DNA of 52,438 bases from a virus (Duplodnaviria; Caudoviricetes), in the IMG/VR virus record IMGVR_UViG_3300016656_000038, positions 1 to 52,438 of that record. One strand, written 5' to 3'. The translations under genes and the position numbers were made by a program. The notes under the pieces were generated by a model. It saw nothing but the letters and a program-made list of their open reading frames with translations, was not told the DNA's origin and did not search any database. Below, one piece after another: positions 8,353 through 17,302 of the stretch. Within the stretch, counting starts at the first letter, position 1. Every line of letters begins with the position of its first letter.

Positions 8353-8768
8353 TGGCTCGCCAGCCTGTCCAGAACATCGAGCCGATCTGCATCGAGTGCG
8401 GCAAGCTGGCCGAGCAAACCGACGGCCGGCCGATCTATCCAGACCGTCCCGAGTTCTGGGATCGCGTCTATTTCCGGTGCGAGTGCGGCGCCTACGTCGG
8501 CGCCCATCCGGGGACCGACATCCCGCTCGGTTATCCGGCTGGGCCGCATACGCGCCGCGCCCGCTCGCAAGCCCATGCGGCCTTCGACCCCCTCTGGATG
8601 CGGAAGGCCAACCGAGACAAGATCGGCAAGGGGAAGGCCCGGGGCCTGGGCTATAAATGGCTCGCGGAGCAGCTGGGGATCGAGCCCGCCGCCTGCCACA
8701 TCAGCCACTTTGACGCCGCGACCTGTCAGAAGGTCGTCCGGCTTTGCATGGGAGACCGCTCCAGATGA
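8352..8768 (+). CDS. Zinc-finger protein (DUF3268-like)
   Basis: CIEC...CECGAYVGAH...AHAAFDPLW...CHISHF. Confidence 0.75.
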   Translation: MARQPVQNIEPICIECGKLAEQTDGRPIYPDRPEFWDRVYFRCECGAYVGAHPGTDIPLGYPAGPHTRRARSQAHAAFDPLWMRKANRDKIGKGKARGLGYKWLAEQLGIEPAACHISHFDAATCQKVVRLCMGDRSR

Positions 8769-9097
8769 ACGACCCGACCATAGACCCCGAGGCCGCCCTT
8801 CGAATGGAGATCGCCGCCCATAGCGTCACCCAAGCGAAACTCCTCGATGCGGAGGCCGCCTTGGACATCTGTCGCCAAACGATCCAAGACCAGAAGAGCG
8901 CGCGCATCGATCCCGATATGCCGATCCTCTCGAAGGAGGCAAGGGATCGCCTTCACGACAGCGCCATGGCCTCGCAGGCGATGGCCGAAACCCGCGAGGA
9001 ACGCGTCGAGGCGGCCGCCTTGATCATGCTCTTGGAGTGGCAGGACGAAGCGATCCGCAAGCGTCCTGAAATCCGTTACCTGGTTGACCGTCGATGA
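8765..9097 (+). CDS. Hypothetical protein
   Basis: ATGA coupling with upstream gene. Confidence 0.6.
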   Translation: MNDPTIDPEAALRMEIAAHSVTQAKLLDAEAALDICRQTIQDQKSARIDPDMPILSKEARDRLHDSAMASQAMAETREERVEAAALIMLLEWQDEAIRKRPEIRYLVDRR

Positions 9098-9336
9098 ACG
9101 TCTATCGTTGCCGCTTCATGCTGATTTGTCCGGCGAACGGAATCGCCGTCACCTACGCGCTGGAGGTCGAGGCCGTCCACATGATCCGGGTCGAGGCCAT
9201 ACAGACGGCGATCCTCGATCTGGGCGAAACCGGCTTCCATGAAGACGCGGCGGACAAGCTGTTCGTCGCCTTGGGCGGCCGACAGACGCTCCGCGCGCAT
9301 CACCACGGCGTTGACATCGAGACCTTTCGCGGCTGA
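9094..9336 (+). CDS. Small QueF-like (T-fold) protein
   Basis: F-x3-CP...VE...FHE pattern resembling QueF; coupled to the DpdA-like gene. Confidence 0.5.
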   Translation: MNVYRCRFMLICPANGIAVTYALEVEAVHMIRVEAIQTAILDLGETGFHEDAADKLFVALGGRQTLRAHHHGVDIETFRG

Positions 9337-9986
9337 TGGACCTCTTCGCCACCCGGACAGGGACCCGGCGGAACCTCCAGCTTATGGCCGCCGGGGGATG
9401 GTCCCTCCTCCTCAATCCATTCTGCGACCTCTCGCCTTTGCCGGAAGTCGTCCTCGAAGACGGGACCGTCTATCGGTTCAAGAAGGCGTTCGACAACGGC
9501 GCCTGGACGGCCGACCAGCAAGGCATCCCGTTCGACGTCGACGCCTTCTGGCGCGGTCTGGAGCGGGTCGCGGAGGGTTGCGAGTGGATTGTCGCCCCAG
9601 ACATCGTTCGGGGCGGCCTTGCGAGCCTTGATCTCTCGCTGTCGTTCCTTCCAACCCTCCTTCAGGTCGGCCCCACGGTTCTGATCCCGCTCCAGGATGG
9701 AATGACCCCCGCCCACATCGAGCCGATCCTGGCCTCCCACGGCAAGAAGGTTGGGCTCTTCATGGGCGGATCAACCGAGTGGAAACTGGCCGAGATGAAA
9801 GCTTGGGGCGTCGTCGCGGGCCGTTGGGGCGTTCACTATCACGTCGGCCGGGTCAACACGGCCAAGCGCCTGCATCTCGCCAGCTGGTCGGGAGCGAACT
9901 CCGTCGACGGAACGTCCGCGTCGAAGTTCGCCCAGTCGATCCCCGCCTTGACCTACGCTGCGCGCCAGCTGGACCTCCTCGCATGA
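9336..9986 (+). CDS. DpdA/TGT-like transglycosylase (candidate DNA 7-deazaguanine insertion enzyme)
   Basis: Motifs DNGAW, APDIV, PLQDG, FMGG, HVG, SVDGT in the order seen in the TGT/DpdA TIM barrel. Confidence 0.6.
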   Translation: MDLFATRTGTRRNLQLMAAGGWSLLLNPFCDLSPLPEVVLEDGTVYRFKKAFDNGAWTADQQGIPFDVDAFWRGLERVAEGCEWIVAPDIVRGGLASLDLSLSFLPTLLQVGPTVLIPLQDGMTPAHIEPILASHGKKVGLFMGGSTEWKLAEMKAWGVVAGRWGVHYHVGRVNTAKRLHLASWSGANSVDGTSASKFAQSIPALTYAARQLDLLA

Positions 9987-10354
9987 CTGACGAACCCAAG
10001 CGCCGCCCAATGACCCCGGCGCGGATGAAGCGTATCTGGGAGCGGGAGGGCGGCTTATGTGGCGAGTGTCGCCAGCCCGTCCCGATGCGCGGCGGCGACC
10101 TGGTCCGATACGATCACCGCATCCCGTTCGAGGTCTGCCTTCACGACGAAGACTGGAACATCTTCCCGATCCATCGGGACCCCTGCGACCTCGCCAAGAC
10201 GGCCCGCGACCAGGCGGACATCGCCCGCGCGCGTCGGCGCCGCAACAAGGCCGCCGGCATCGTGACGCGCCAGAAGGCGGCGATCCCGACCCGGGGATTC
10301 CAGAAGGGACCGAAACGCGCCTGGGCGAAGCGGCCGTTCCCTTCTCGCAAATAG
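9983..10354 (+). CDS. HNH-like endonuclease
   Basis: CGEC...YDHRIP...WNIFPIH..PC. Confidence 0.7.
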   Translation: MTDEPKRRPMTPARMKRIWEREGGLCGECRQPVPMRGGDLVRYDHRIPFEVCLHDEDWNIFPIHRDPCDLAKTARDQADIARARRRRNKAAGIVTRQKAAIPTRGFQKGPKRAWAKRPFPSRK

Positions 10355-10434
10355 TGCATCTTTTCGGTTGCTGCGCGCGCCGGAGCATGGGATGCACTTC
10401 TTCACCGGCGCCAACCGGATAGGAGATCGAGACG
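10353..10434 (+). promoter_or_regulatory. Early promoter/leader copy 3
   Basis: Inverted box AGTGCATC at 10353, GGATGCACTT at 10390, hairpin CCGG-CGCCAA-CCGG at 10405-10418, AGGAGATCGAGAC. Confidence 0.7.
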
Positions 10435-10743
10435 ATGAAGACCGCCGAACTGACCAAATCCGAACGCGCCAAGATGGAAGCCATGTGGGCGTCCCGCGTT
10501 CAACAGCGCGTCGCCGCCTCTAACGCGCTGGTCGCCGCCATCCGCTCCGCCATGATCCGCACGAACTGGAGGGTCAGCGTCGATTATCGAGATGGGAAAG
10601 CGACCGTCGGTCTTTTGGCCTATAACATCCGCGCCGGGAAGCCCGTTGGCTTCGCGACCCACAGGGGCCTTGCGGTCTTTCAGAAGGACGAGACCGACAA
10701 AATCATCGATTTCTTGAACGCCCTCGAAGCCCCGGTCGCCTGA
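10435..10743 (+). CDS. Hypothetical protein
   Basis: RBS and repeated leader upstream. Confidence 0.65.
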   Translation: MKTAELTKSERAKMEAMWASRVQQRVAASNALVAAIRSAMIRTNWRVSVDYRDGKATVGLLAYNIRAGKPVGFATHRGLAVFQKDETDKIIDFLNALEAPVA

Positions 10744-11477
10744 TGCGCGTCGCCGTCTGCATGGAGACCAGCGGTCACGTCCGCGAGGCGTTCCGCCGCT
10801 TGGGTCATTACGCGATCAGCGTCGACTTCCTCCCGTCGCAAGACGGCGGAAACCATCATCAGGGCGACGTCTTCGAGTTCATCGAGAAACGACCGTTCGA
10901 GTTCGATCTGGCGATCTTCCACCCTGAATGCACCTTCCATACGGTTTCGGCCGCTTGGGCCTTCAGGGACCCCGACTTCGAGCGCTATCCGGGCGTCGGC
11001 TATCACATGAAGCTGAAGCCCGGGACGAAGACGGGGGCCGAGCGCCGCGCCGCGCGCCAGCAGGCCGAGGCCGACTTCCTTCGGATCGTGACGGCGCCAG
11101 TCCGCCGGAAGGTCATCGAGAACCCCAAGGGAACGATTCCGACGCGGCTCGGCCTGAAGCCTGACCAGATTGTCCAACCGTATGAGTTTGGCGACGACGC
11201 CAGCAAGGGGACGTGCTTCTGGTATTTCGACGACCAAGGCCAGCGCATCCCCTCGATGCGGCTCCCCATCGACCCGTCGAAGCGCTTTCCGGGCCGCTGG
11301 GTCGAATACCCCAAGGGGTCGGGAAATATGGTCGAGCGCTGGTCGAACCAGACCGACAGCGGCCAGAACAACGTCACGCCCAGCGATAGCCGCTGGCAGC
11401 ATCGAAGCGACACCTATCCCGGGATCGCGGAAGCCATGGCGGCCCACTGGGCCGGCCCCGCCCCCGAGTTCATCTAA
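10743..11477 (+). CDS. Phage C5-cytosine DNA methyltransferase-like protein
   Basis: ETSGHVREAF, HPECT (catalytic Cys), IENP, RSDTYPGIAEAMA. Confidence 0.72.
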   Translation: MRVAVCMETSGHVREAFRRLGHYAISVDFLPSQDGGNHHQGDVFEFIEKRPFEFDLAIFHPECTFHTVSAAWAFRDPDFERYPGVGYHMKLKPGTKTGAERRAARQQAEADFLRIVTAPVRRKVIENPKGTIPTRLGLKPDQIVQPYEFGDDASKGTCFWYFDDQGQRIPSMRLPIDPSKRFPGRWVEYPKGSGNMVERWSNQTDSGQNNVTPSDSRWQHRSDTYPGIAEAMAAHWAGPAPEFI

Positions 11478-11498
11478 GCCTCGCCAAAGGAGAAGCCT

Positions 11499-11906
11499 AT
11501 GCCAACCACACAACCGGCCGAAAAGCCGAAGACCACCCGCCACCGGATAAACGAGGTCCCCGGCCGGACCACCCCGGCGCCGGGCCAGCCCCAGCCGGTC
11601 AAACAGACCCCGGCGGAGAAGCGCGCCCAGCTGGCCGACCTGAAGGCCACCGTGAAGGAGATCGACAAAAAGAAGAAGGTCGATCAGATGATCGAGATGA
11701 TGCGGCGACCCCAAGGGGCCAGCGGCGCCGAACTGGTCGACCTGACGGGCTGGAAGGATCATTCCGTCCGGGCCTTCATCTCCCGGAACCTCAAAGGCCT
11801 GAAGGGCCTCCCCGTCACCCGCAAGAAGGACGGCCTGAACGGCGTCACCGTCTATTCGCTCCCGCCAGCCGATCAGGTCGCGGCCGAAACCGAGGAGTTC
11901 ATCTGA
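11499..11906 (+). CDS. DUF3489 winged-helix protein
   Basis: MMRRPQGAS..EL...TGWKDHSVRAFIS. Confidence 0.75.
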   Translation: MPTTQPAEKPKTTRHRINEVPGRTTPAPGQPQPVKQTPAEKRAQLADLKATVKEIDKKKKVDQMIEMMRRPQGASGAELVDLTGWKDHSVRAFISRNLKGLKGLPVTRKKDGLNGVTVYSLPPADQVAAETEEFI

Positions 11907-12265
11907 TGGGCGAGATCGCAGAGATGCTGCTCGACGGGACGATGGACTTCGAGACCGGCGAGTGGAACTTCGACGGCGCCGACGGTCCGGGCTTCCCCAT
12001 GACGACCAGCCAAGCCAAGGCCTATCGGCTCGGTCAGCGCGATTTCCAAGAGCGCCGCAAGTTTTGGGGAGATTGGATGACCGTCGCCCAGTTCGCGCGC
12101 GATGCGGGCGTCGCCAGCCGAGCCGATCTCCGCAAGGCGATGGGCTGGTCCAGAAAGAAATCCGGGGGGATTATCGCCGCCATGACGAATGCGGACTTCA
12201 TCCGATGCAAGGGCGACACCTTTAGCCTGACGACCAAGGGCGAAAAAACCCTGGAGGCTTCCTGA
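11906..12265 (+). CDS. Hypothetical protein
   Basis: TGATG coupling. Confidence 0.6.
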   Translation: MGEIAEMLLDGTMDFETGEWNFDGADGPGFPMTTSQAKAYRLGQRDFQERRKFWGDWMTVAQFARDAGVASRADLRKAMGWSRKKSGGIIAAMTNADFIRCKGDTFSLTTKGEKTLEAS

Positions 12266-12639
12266 TGGGCCGCCACACGATGACCCCCGAGGACGCCGAC
12301 AACCACGTCTCCGAGTTCGGGACAGGCGGCCGTTCGAACGATGACGCTCACGCGAAGGACGTCGCTCTGATGGTCGCCCAAGGCGCGATCCTGGTCGCCA
12401 TGGCCGACGAACAGCGGGACATCGCCATGGCGGCGACGGAGCGCGCGGGCGAGACGGAGGCCTGGACGGAGAAGTGGCGGACCCAGTCGAACCTCGCGCC
12501 GGCGCTGAAGGCCGAAGCTTGGTTCGATCATCGCGCCACCATCGCGGAGACATACCGGGAGGAGGCCGACATCGCTCGGCGCCGTCAGGCGGCCCTAGAG
12601 GCGGGTGCCAGGGCGCTAGGCGTCATCCTCCCGACCTAG
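12265..12639 (+). CDS. Hypothetical protein
   Basis: TGATG coupling; last gene of the plus-strand block. Confidence 0.6.
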   Translation: MGRHTMTPEDADNHVSEFGTGGRSNDDAHAKDVALMVAQGAILVAMADEQRDIAMAATERAGETEAWTEKWRTQSNLAPALKAEAWFDHRATIAETYREEADIARRRQAALEAGARALGVILPT

Positions 12640-13904
12640 ACCGCCTCGGCCCGGCTCGCCTCGACTTCCGCGAACAGCTGGCCCGTCTCCTCCAGGCGGG
12701 CCTTTTCGCCTGTGAAGGCCTCCCAGCGCTTCACCGTGACGTCCACATAGGCCGGGTCGAGTTCGACCGCGAGGCAGATGCGCTTCGTCATCTGGGCCGC
12801 GATGATCGTCGTCCCCGATCCGCTGAAGGGTTCATAGACGCGGTCGCCCGGCTCGGAGTTGTTCTCGATGGGCCGGCGCATAGCCTCGACCGGCTTCTGG
12901 GTCCCATGGCCGGTGTCGCTCTTGCGGTGATCGATGTCCCAGACGGTCGACTCTTTCCGCGACCCCTGCCAGTGACCCTTCCCGCCCTTGCGGACCACAT
13001 ACCAGCAAGGTTCGTGCTGCCAGTGGAAGTGTCCGCGCCCGATGATCGAGCGCGACTTCCTCCAGATGATCTGCGCGCGCGGCTCGAAGCCGACCGCCTG
13101 AAGGCTCGCCAGGACCTCGGCCGTCGCAAGTCCGCCGTGCCAGATATAGGCGACCTCGCCCGGGAAGAGCGCCCAAGCCTCGCGCCAGTCGGCCTTGTGG
13201 TCGTTCTTGACCAGGCCGCGCTTCACCGTCGGGTCGGAGTTCAGCTTGCGGCCGTCGGCCCGTTCGGCCTGGTTCCGCCATTCGGCGTCGTATTCGACCC
13301 CATAGGGCGGGTCGGAGACCATCAGATGGGGCTTCGTCCCGCGAAGGACCGCCTCGACCACCTTCGGGTCGGTCGAATCCCCGCAGGCCAGCCGGTGATC
13401 GCCCAGAAGCCAAACGTCACCCGCTCGGGATACTGGAGCCGCTGGGGGATCGCCAGCGTCCGCGTCCGCGTCGCGGAGCATCTTCGGGGTCTTGAAGAGG
13501 TCCAGGACCTCCTTTTCGTCGAAGCCGGTCATGTCGAGCGAGAGGCCGGCCTTCTTGAGGTCCAGCATCTCGGTTCGAAGGATGTCCATATCCCAGTCCG
13601 CGTCGAGCGCGATCCGGTTGTCCGCGATGGCGAAGGCTCGCCATTCGTCTTCGCTCAACCCCAAGACGGTGATCGTCGGGATGCGCTCCAGGCCCTCCTC
13701 GATGGCGGCCTCGACGCGACCGTTTCCGGCCCCGATGGTCTCGCCGTCATCCTTCAGGAGGACCGGGTTCCTGAAGCCGAACCGCCGGAAGGCCGTCCGC
13801 AGCTTCTTGATCTGGGAAGCCGGGTGACGGCGGGCGTTGCGCGGGTCTGGGCGGAGGTCGTTCGGGTCCCGATAGACGATTTCTAGATCTGCGAACTGGG
13901 TCAT
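12636..13904 (-). CDS. ParB-N domain / N6-N4 DNA methyltransferase fusion
   Basis: RNARRH..FGFRNPVL..GNGR..ADNR; SDPPY; HGTQKP; EPFSGSGTT. Confidence 0.88.
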   Translation of the reverse strand: MTQFADLEIVYRDPNDLRPDPRNARRHPASQIKKLRTAFRRFGFRNPVLLKDDGETIGAGNGRVEAAIEEGLERIPTITVLGLSEDEWRAFAIADNRIALDADWDMDILRTEMLDLKKAGLSLDMTGFDEKEVLDLFKTPKMLRDADADAGDPPAAPVSRAGDVWLLGDHRLACGDSTDPKVVEAVLRGTKPHLMVSDPPYGVEYDAEWRNQAERADGRKLNSDPTVKRGLVKNDHKADWREAWALFPGEVAYIWHGGLATAEVLASLQAVGFEPRAQIIWRKSRSIIGRGHFHWQHEPCWYVVRKGGKGHWQGSRKESTVWDIDHRKSDTGHGTQKPVEAMRRPIENNSEPGDRVYEPFSGSGTTIIAAQMTKRICLAVELDPAYVDVTVKRWEAFTGEKARLEETGQLFAEVEASRAEAV

Positions 13905-14188
13905 GCGGTCTTCTCGGAGGAGATCAGGGTCAGGCGGGGACGGCCTTCAGGTTCGGCCGGGCGGATTTGCGGATCGACCTCGCCCGTCCCGTCGAGAAGC
14001 GCAAGGGCGTTGCAGATGGCGCGGGCCTGGCCCTGATACATGGCGGCGAGCGCGTCCTGATCTTCCGCCAGCGCGTGATCCCCAACGGCGCGACACCACT
14101 CGGCCTTAGCCTCGCAGCCCACGGCCTCTAGGTTGGCTTGGGCCATCATCTCGGCCAGGACCTCCAAGTCGGCCGCCTCGATCTTCAC
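13901..14188 (-). CDS. Hypothetical protein
   Basis: GTG start coupled to upstream stop (KIEAADLE...). Confidence 0.55.
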   Translation of the reverse strand: MKIEAADLEVLAEMMAQANLEAVGCEAKAEWCRAVGDHALAEDQDALAAMYQGQARAICNALALLDGTGEVDPQIRPAEPEGRPRLTLISSEKTA

Positions 14189-14271
14189 CGGCCGGCGCCT
14201 TCGTAATCGTCCGCCACAAGCGCGACGACCATCTCGCCCAGCGCCTCTAGGATCGCCCGTAACCAGCCCAT
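14185..14271 (-). CDS. 28-aa peptide
   Basis: MGWLRAILEALGEMVVALVADDYEGAGR; coupled on both sides. Confidence 0.45.
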   Translation of the reverse strand: MGWLRAILEALGEMVVALVADDYEGAGR

Positions 14272-15080
14272 CAGATAGCCTCCGGGACGGCCGCAAGAGC
14301 CCGCGCGGCTCTGATTTTTCGGACGTCGTCGGCAGTCTTGTCCTTGTGGCAGGCGTTGCACAAGCCCTGGAGGTTCATCGGCCCCCAATAGCGCCACTGG
14401 TCGGCCGGCGGGATCAGGAGGACCACAAGGGCCAAGGCGAGCGCGTGGTCGACCTCCAGACCAGACGCCCAGCTGATCGAGCAGAACGGTCCGACATAGG
14501 TCGCGGCCGGATAGGCTTTGCGCCAGTATGGGTCCGGCCGGGCGCGGCGCTCGACCGGGTCGACGTCGCCCAGACGCGACCACCGCCCCGAGACCTTTCC
14601 GCATCCGGCGCAACATGGCCCTTGCCGGTGAAGGAGTTCGATCAGCTGCTCGGGCTGGCGCGTGTGGCAGTAAAAGTCCCAGAGACAATCCGGTTCGGTT
14701 CCCTTGCCCGAATGCCAGGTCCGCCGCTTGTCGACCGCATGGCCGTCAGGCCGGAGGATTTCGCCAGCACACCAGGTGCAACGCCCCGGCCGGTCGCCCA
14801 TTTGTTCGTGAACTTTGGCCCATTGGTCGTCCGTCAGGCCCGTTCCGCCGAACCCGTCGACCAGCGCCTTGAACTTGGCCTTCCGGGCCTGCTGGACGTC
14901 GTTCCCGGGGAACTTCCGATAGGAGGACGCCTCGGCCTTCCGATGGCGCTCCCAGCTGGCCTTCCGGTCGCAACGGTCGGGATGGTGAAGGCAGGACCAG
15001 CCGAAGCAATGATCGCCGTGTCCGAGGTTCTTCTGGGGGTTCTTCTTGGCCCAAGCGCAGGGCTTCGTTTCACGCTTCAC
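14271..15080 (-). CDS. HNH-domain protein
   Basis: CAGC...LEVDH...NLQGLCNACHKDKT. Confidence 0.72.
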   Translation of the reverse strand: MKRETKPCAWAKKNPQKNLGHGDHCFGWSCLHHPDRCDRKASWERHRKAEASSYRKFPGNDVQQARKAKFKALVDGFGGTGLTDDQWAKVHEQMGDRPGRCTWCAGEILRPDGHAVDKRRTWHSGKGTEPDCLWDFYCHTRQPEQLIELLHRQGPCCAGCGKVSGRWSRLGDVDPVERRARPDPYWRKAYPAATYVGPFCSISWASGLEVDHALALALVVLLIPPADQWRYWGPMNLQGLCNACHKDKTADDVRKIRAARALAAVPEAI

Positions 15081-15216
15081 GGTCGCGCGCCGTGTCTATG
15101 CACTCCCCGCGACAACGCGGACACCGGACGGGCTCGGCCGGGCGTCCCATCTGGGCCTCTCGGACGACAACCCCGGCGCCGTGGCATTGCCGGCAGAGCG
15201 GGTTAGGCTTTTTCAC
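15070..15216 (-). CDS. 48-aa DnaJ-type zinc-finger peptide (not in ORF track)
   Basis: (M)KKPNPLCRQCHGAG...CPRCRGEC; fills the gap between neighbours. Confidence 0.55.
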   Translation of the reverse strand: MKKPNPLCRQCHGAGVVVREAQMGRPAEPVRCPRCRGECIDTARDREA

Positions 15217-15454
15217 GCGGGACGATCTTAATCTTCGCCTCAACCCGGCGGGTCTTCATAACCCCAGAGGGGGTGCGCTCGATCTTCCCGGCCTTGTCCC
15301 GGACGGCCTGAACGAACCAACCGTTGAAGGCGTCGGCCTCGACGACGTCAGGGATCACGCGGCCGCCGGCGGCGCGCTTAACAACCAGGTCGCGCCAGTT
15401 CTTCGGCGCCCCGTTGGAGCCCGCGCGGACGTATAGGACGGGCTTGTCGGTCAT
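15203..15454 (-). CDS. Hypothetical protein
   Basis: MTDKPVLYVRAG start with ATGA coupling. Confidence 0.6.
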   Translation of the reverse strand: MTDKPVLYVRAGSNGAPKNWRDLVVKRAAGGRVIPDVVEADAFNGWFVQAVRDKAGKIERTPSGVMKTRRVEAKIKIVPREKA

Positions 15455-15531
15455 AGGAAAGCGCCGATCAGTCGAACCGTCTTGGCGAACCATTGGAAGC
15501 CGACGTGCGCGAAGTAGAAGACATAGCCCAT
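15451..15531 (-). CDS. 26-aa peptide
   Basis: MGYVFYFAHVGFQWFAKTVRLIGAFL; TGATG and ATGA coupling. Confidence 0.45.
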   Translation of the reverse strand: MGYVFYFAHVGFQWFAKTVRLIGAFL

Positions 15532-16280
15532 CAGATGGCCTCCTCGACTTCCTCGACCAGCGGCGGCGGCGCGCTGATCTGGGGAAGCGGCTCCTCCCCG
15601 CTGGCGATCCGGCGAAGACGCTCGGCCATGGCCTGCTTTGTCTCGCCCGGCGGGCCGACGCGGCGCGACTGGTCGGTCTTGAAGTTCAGGATGACCTTCC
15701 CGTCCGCGTCCAGGATACCGGCGGCCTTGGCGGCCTCGACGTCGGCCCGGCGTTGCTCCTCGGTCTTCGGCGGCGGGTTATCCTCGACGAACGCGGCCGC
15801 CCGCTTGGCCCGATAGGAGGCCATCCATAGTTCCTTCGCGTAGGGCTCGGCCCGCTGGAACAGCTGCTCCGGCTTGGGATAGAACCCGCTCCCGTCGCGC
15901 CCCCAGATGACGAAAGCCTCCCGGATCGCCTCGATGGGGAGAGGGGCCAGAGCGCGCAGATAGATCGAGAAGAGGGCCTGATACTCGCCCGGCGACTTGT
16001 TCCCGAGGCCGTAAACCGACGAATGCTCGACCAGCAGGCCCATGATGTCGACCGGATCGGCCCGGGCGGCGCGCGCCTCTAGGTCGGCCGCGACCTCGAC
16101 CGCCTTGTCCTTCAGCTTGGGGACCCGGGCGATCTGGCGAACGACTTCATCGGCCTTCGCGCTGGAATCCGTTAAGCGCGCCCAGAGCGCCGTCCCGCAT
16201 AGCGTCGATGCGTTCGCCGCGAGATGCTGGCCCCCGACCAGTTCCAAGCCCGGAGCCGTATTGGTTAGAGCGGTAGTCAT
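15531..16280 (-). CDS. Putative helicase loader (lambda P-like position)
   Basis: Follows the initiator gene; IREAF..W..FYPKP motif. Confidence 0.45.
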   Translation of the reverse strand: MTTALTNTAPGLELVGGQHLAANASTLCGTALWARLTDSSAKADEVVRQIARVPKLKDKAVEVAADLEARAARADPVDIMGLLVEHSSVYGLGNKSPGEYQALFSIYLRALAPLPIEAIREAFVIWGRDGSGFYPKPEQLFQRAEPYAKELWMASYRAKRAAAFVEDNPPPKTEEQRRADVEAAKAAGILDADGKVILNFKTDQSRRVGPPGETKQAMAERLRRIASGEEPLPQISAPPPLVEEVEEAI

Positions 16281-16866
16281 TGGACCGTCCTTTCAGGTCG
16301 TCATTGTGGGTTCGAAGCCAACGGTGGAACGCACGATCAAAGTCAGTTTTCCCGGCGGCGAACTCCCACTCGCGGAAGCGGGCCAGCTGCTCCTCGAATA
16401 TACCATCGGGCCAGCCGAACGCCGATACCTTCTCCCGATGGGCGTCCTTCGGCTCCCAGTCATCCGGGACCAGATGCATTTTCCCTCGCGCTTTAGGAGA
16501 GGGGGAGGATTGACGGTTAGATGATGGTTTGGGCGAACGTGCTTCCCCCCCGCCCGAAGCCCATTCGGGCGAAGCATCTTCGGGGGACGAATATCCTTCG
16601 GGTCTGATTTTGTAGATCACGCCTCGACCGGGCTTAGGGTCTCGCGTCAGATGGCCGGCCGTTTCCAGACGGGTGATCGCCATGCTGACGGTTCGGTCGG
16701 TCAAGCTGGTTTTCTTGACCAGGTCCGCCTTGTCGGATCGCTTCGACGTGATCGCTATCCAAGTCACGCCCGCGTCGTTGGCGGCGTCCGCCAGGGCGAG
16801 CAGGACCATTTTGTCGGTCGAATGAAGGTCCATCATCCAGACGTGGGTCATCAGTCGAATGCTCAT
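16147..16866 (-). CDS. Replication initiator (N-terminal winged HTH)
   Basis: KMVLLALADAANDAG..LVKKTSLTDRTV..AITRLE..G; C-terminal DFDRAFHRW. Confidence 0.7.
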   Translation of the reverse strand: MSIRLMTHVWMMDLHSTDKMVLLALADAANDAGVTWIAITSKRSDKADLVKKTSLTDRTVSMAITRLETAGHLTRDPKPGRGVIYKIRPEGYSSPEDASPEWASGGGEARSPKPSSNRQSSPSPKARGKMHLVPDDWEPKDAHREKVSAFGWPDGIFEEQLARFREWEFAAGKTDFDRAFHRWLRTHNDDLKGRSNDYRSNQYGSGLGTGRGPASRGERIDAMRDGALGALNGFQREGR

Positions 16867-17123
16867 TTGGCGATGATCCTTGTCTCGGTTCTCTGGCCCG
16901 GGTTGACCTTCCTCTCGATCATCCCGCGTTCGACCAGGACCTTGAGGCCACCTTGGAGGCCGCGCTCGGACATTCCCGTCGCCTTCATCAGTTCCGGCAA
17001 AGTGGCGTAGGAGATGCCGACCGGACCAGCGAAGCGCGACAGGGCAAGAAACGCCATCTTGCCCGCGACGGTCGGGATGCGCGGCAAGAGGCGCCACGCG
17101 AGGTCTTCGTGATAACGGTTCAT
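16863..17123 (-). CDS. Small winged-HTH protein
   Basis: LPELMKATGMSERGLQGGLKVLVERGMI; alternative start at 17141. Confidence 0.7.
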   Translation of the reverse strand: MNRYHEDLAWRLLPRIPTVAGKMAFLALSRFAGPVGISYATLPELMKATGMSERGLQGGLKVLVERGMIERKVNPGQRTETRIIAK

Positions 17124-17182
17124 CCTCTTGCGCTCCCCCATCGGGTCGGCATATGGATTCGGCAGGCCTGGCGGCAGTTCAT

Positions 17183-17298
17183 GGGTTTGGTCTCGATCAA
17201 GTTCCGCCCATCGGACGGTCAGAGTTTAGGGGCTGGCGACCTTTGGCGAGGCGCCAGCCCCGTTTGTTTCAGTCCTATGCGTCGACGGGGTCCGTCAA
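17183..17298 (-). promoter_or_regulatory. Replication-gene promoter/leader with CGCCAA hairpin
   Basis: TTGACG on the minus strand, hairpin GGGGCTGGCG-CCT-CGCCAA-AGG-T-CGCCAGCCCC at 17229-17261, GATCGAGAC at 17190-17198. Confidence 0.6.
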
Positions 17299-17302
17299 GC
17301 GC

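Noticed and set aside
5270-10434. Repeated units as a CRISPR mini-array
   Set aside because: Copies are kilobases apart and each precedes a gene; no spacer periodicity and no cas genes
12474-13886. Long antisense ORFs (for example 12474-13886, 38329-39675, 41247-42686)
   Set aside because: Shadow frames opposite well-supported genes, with no recognisable motifs
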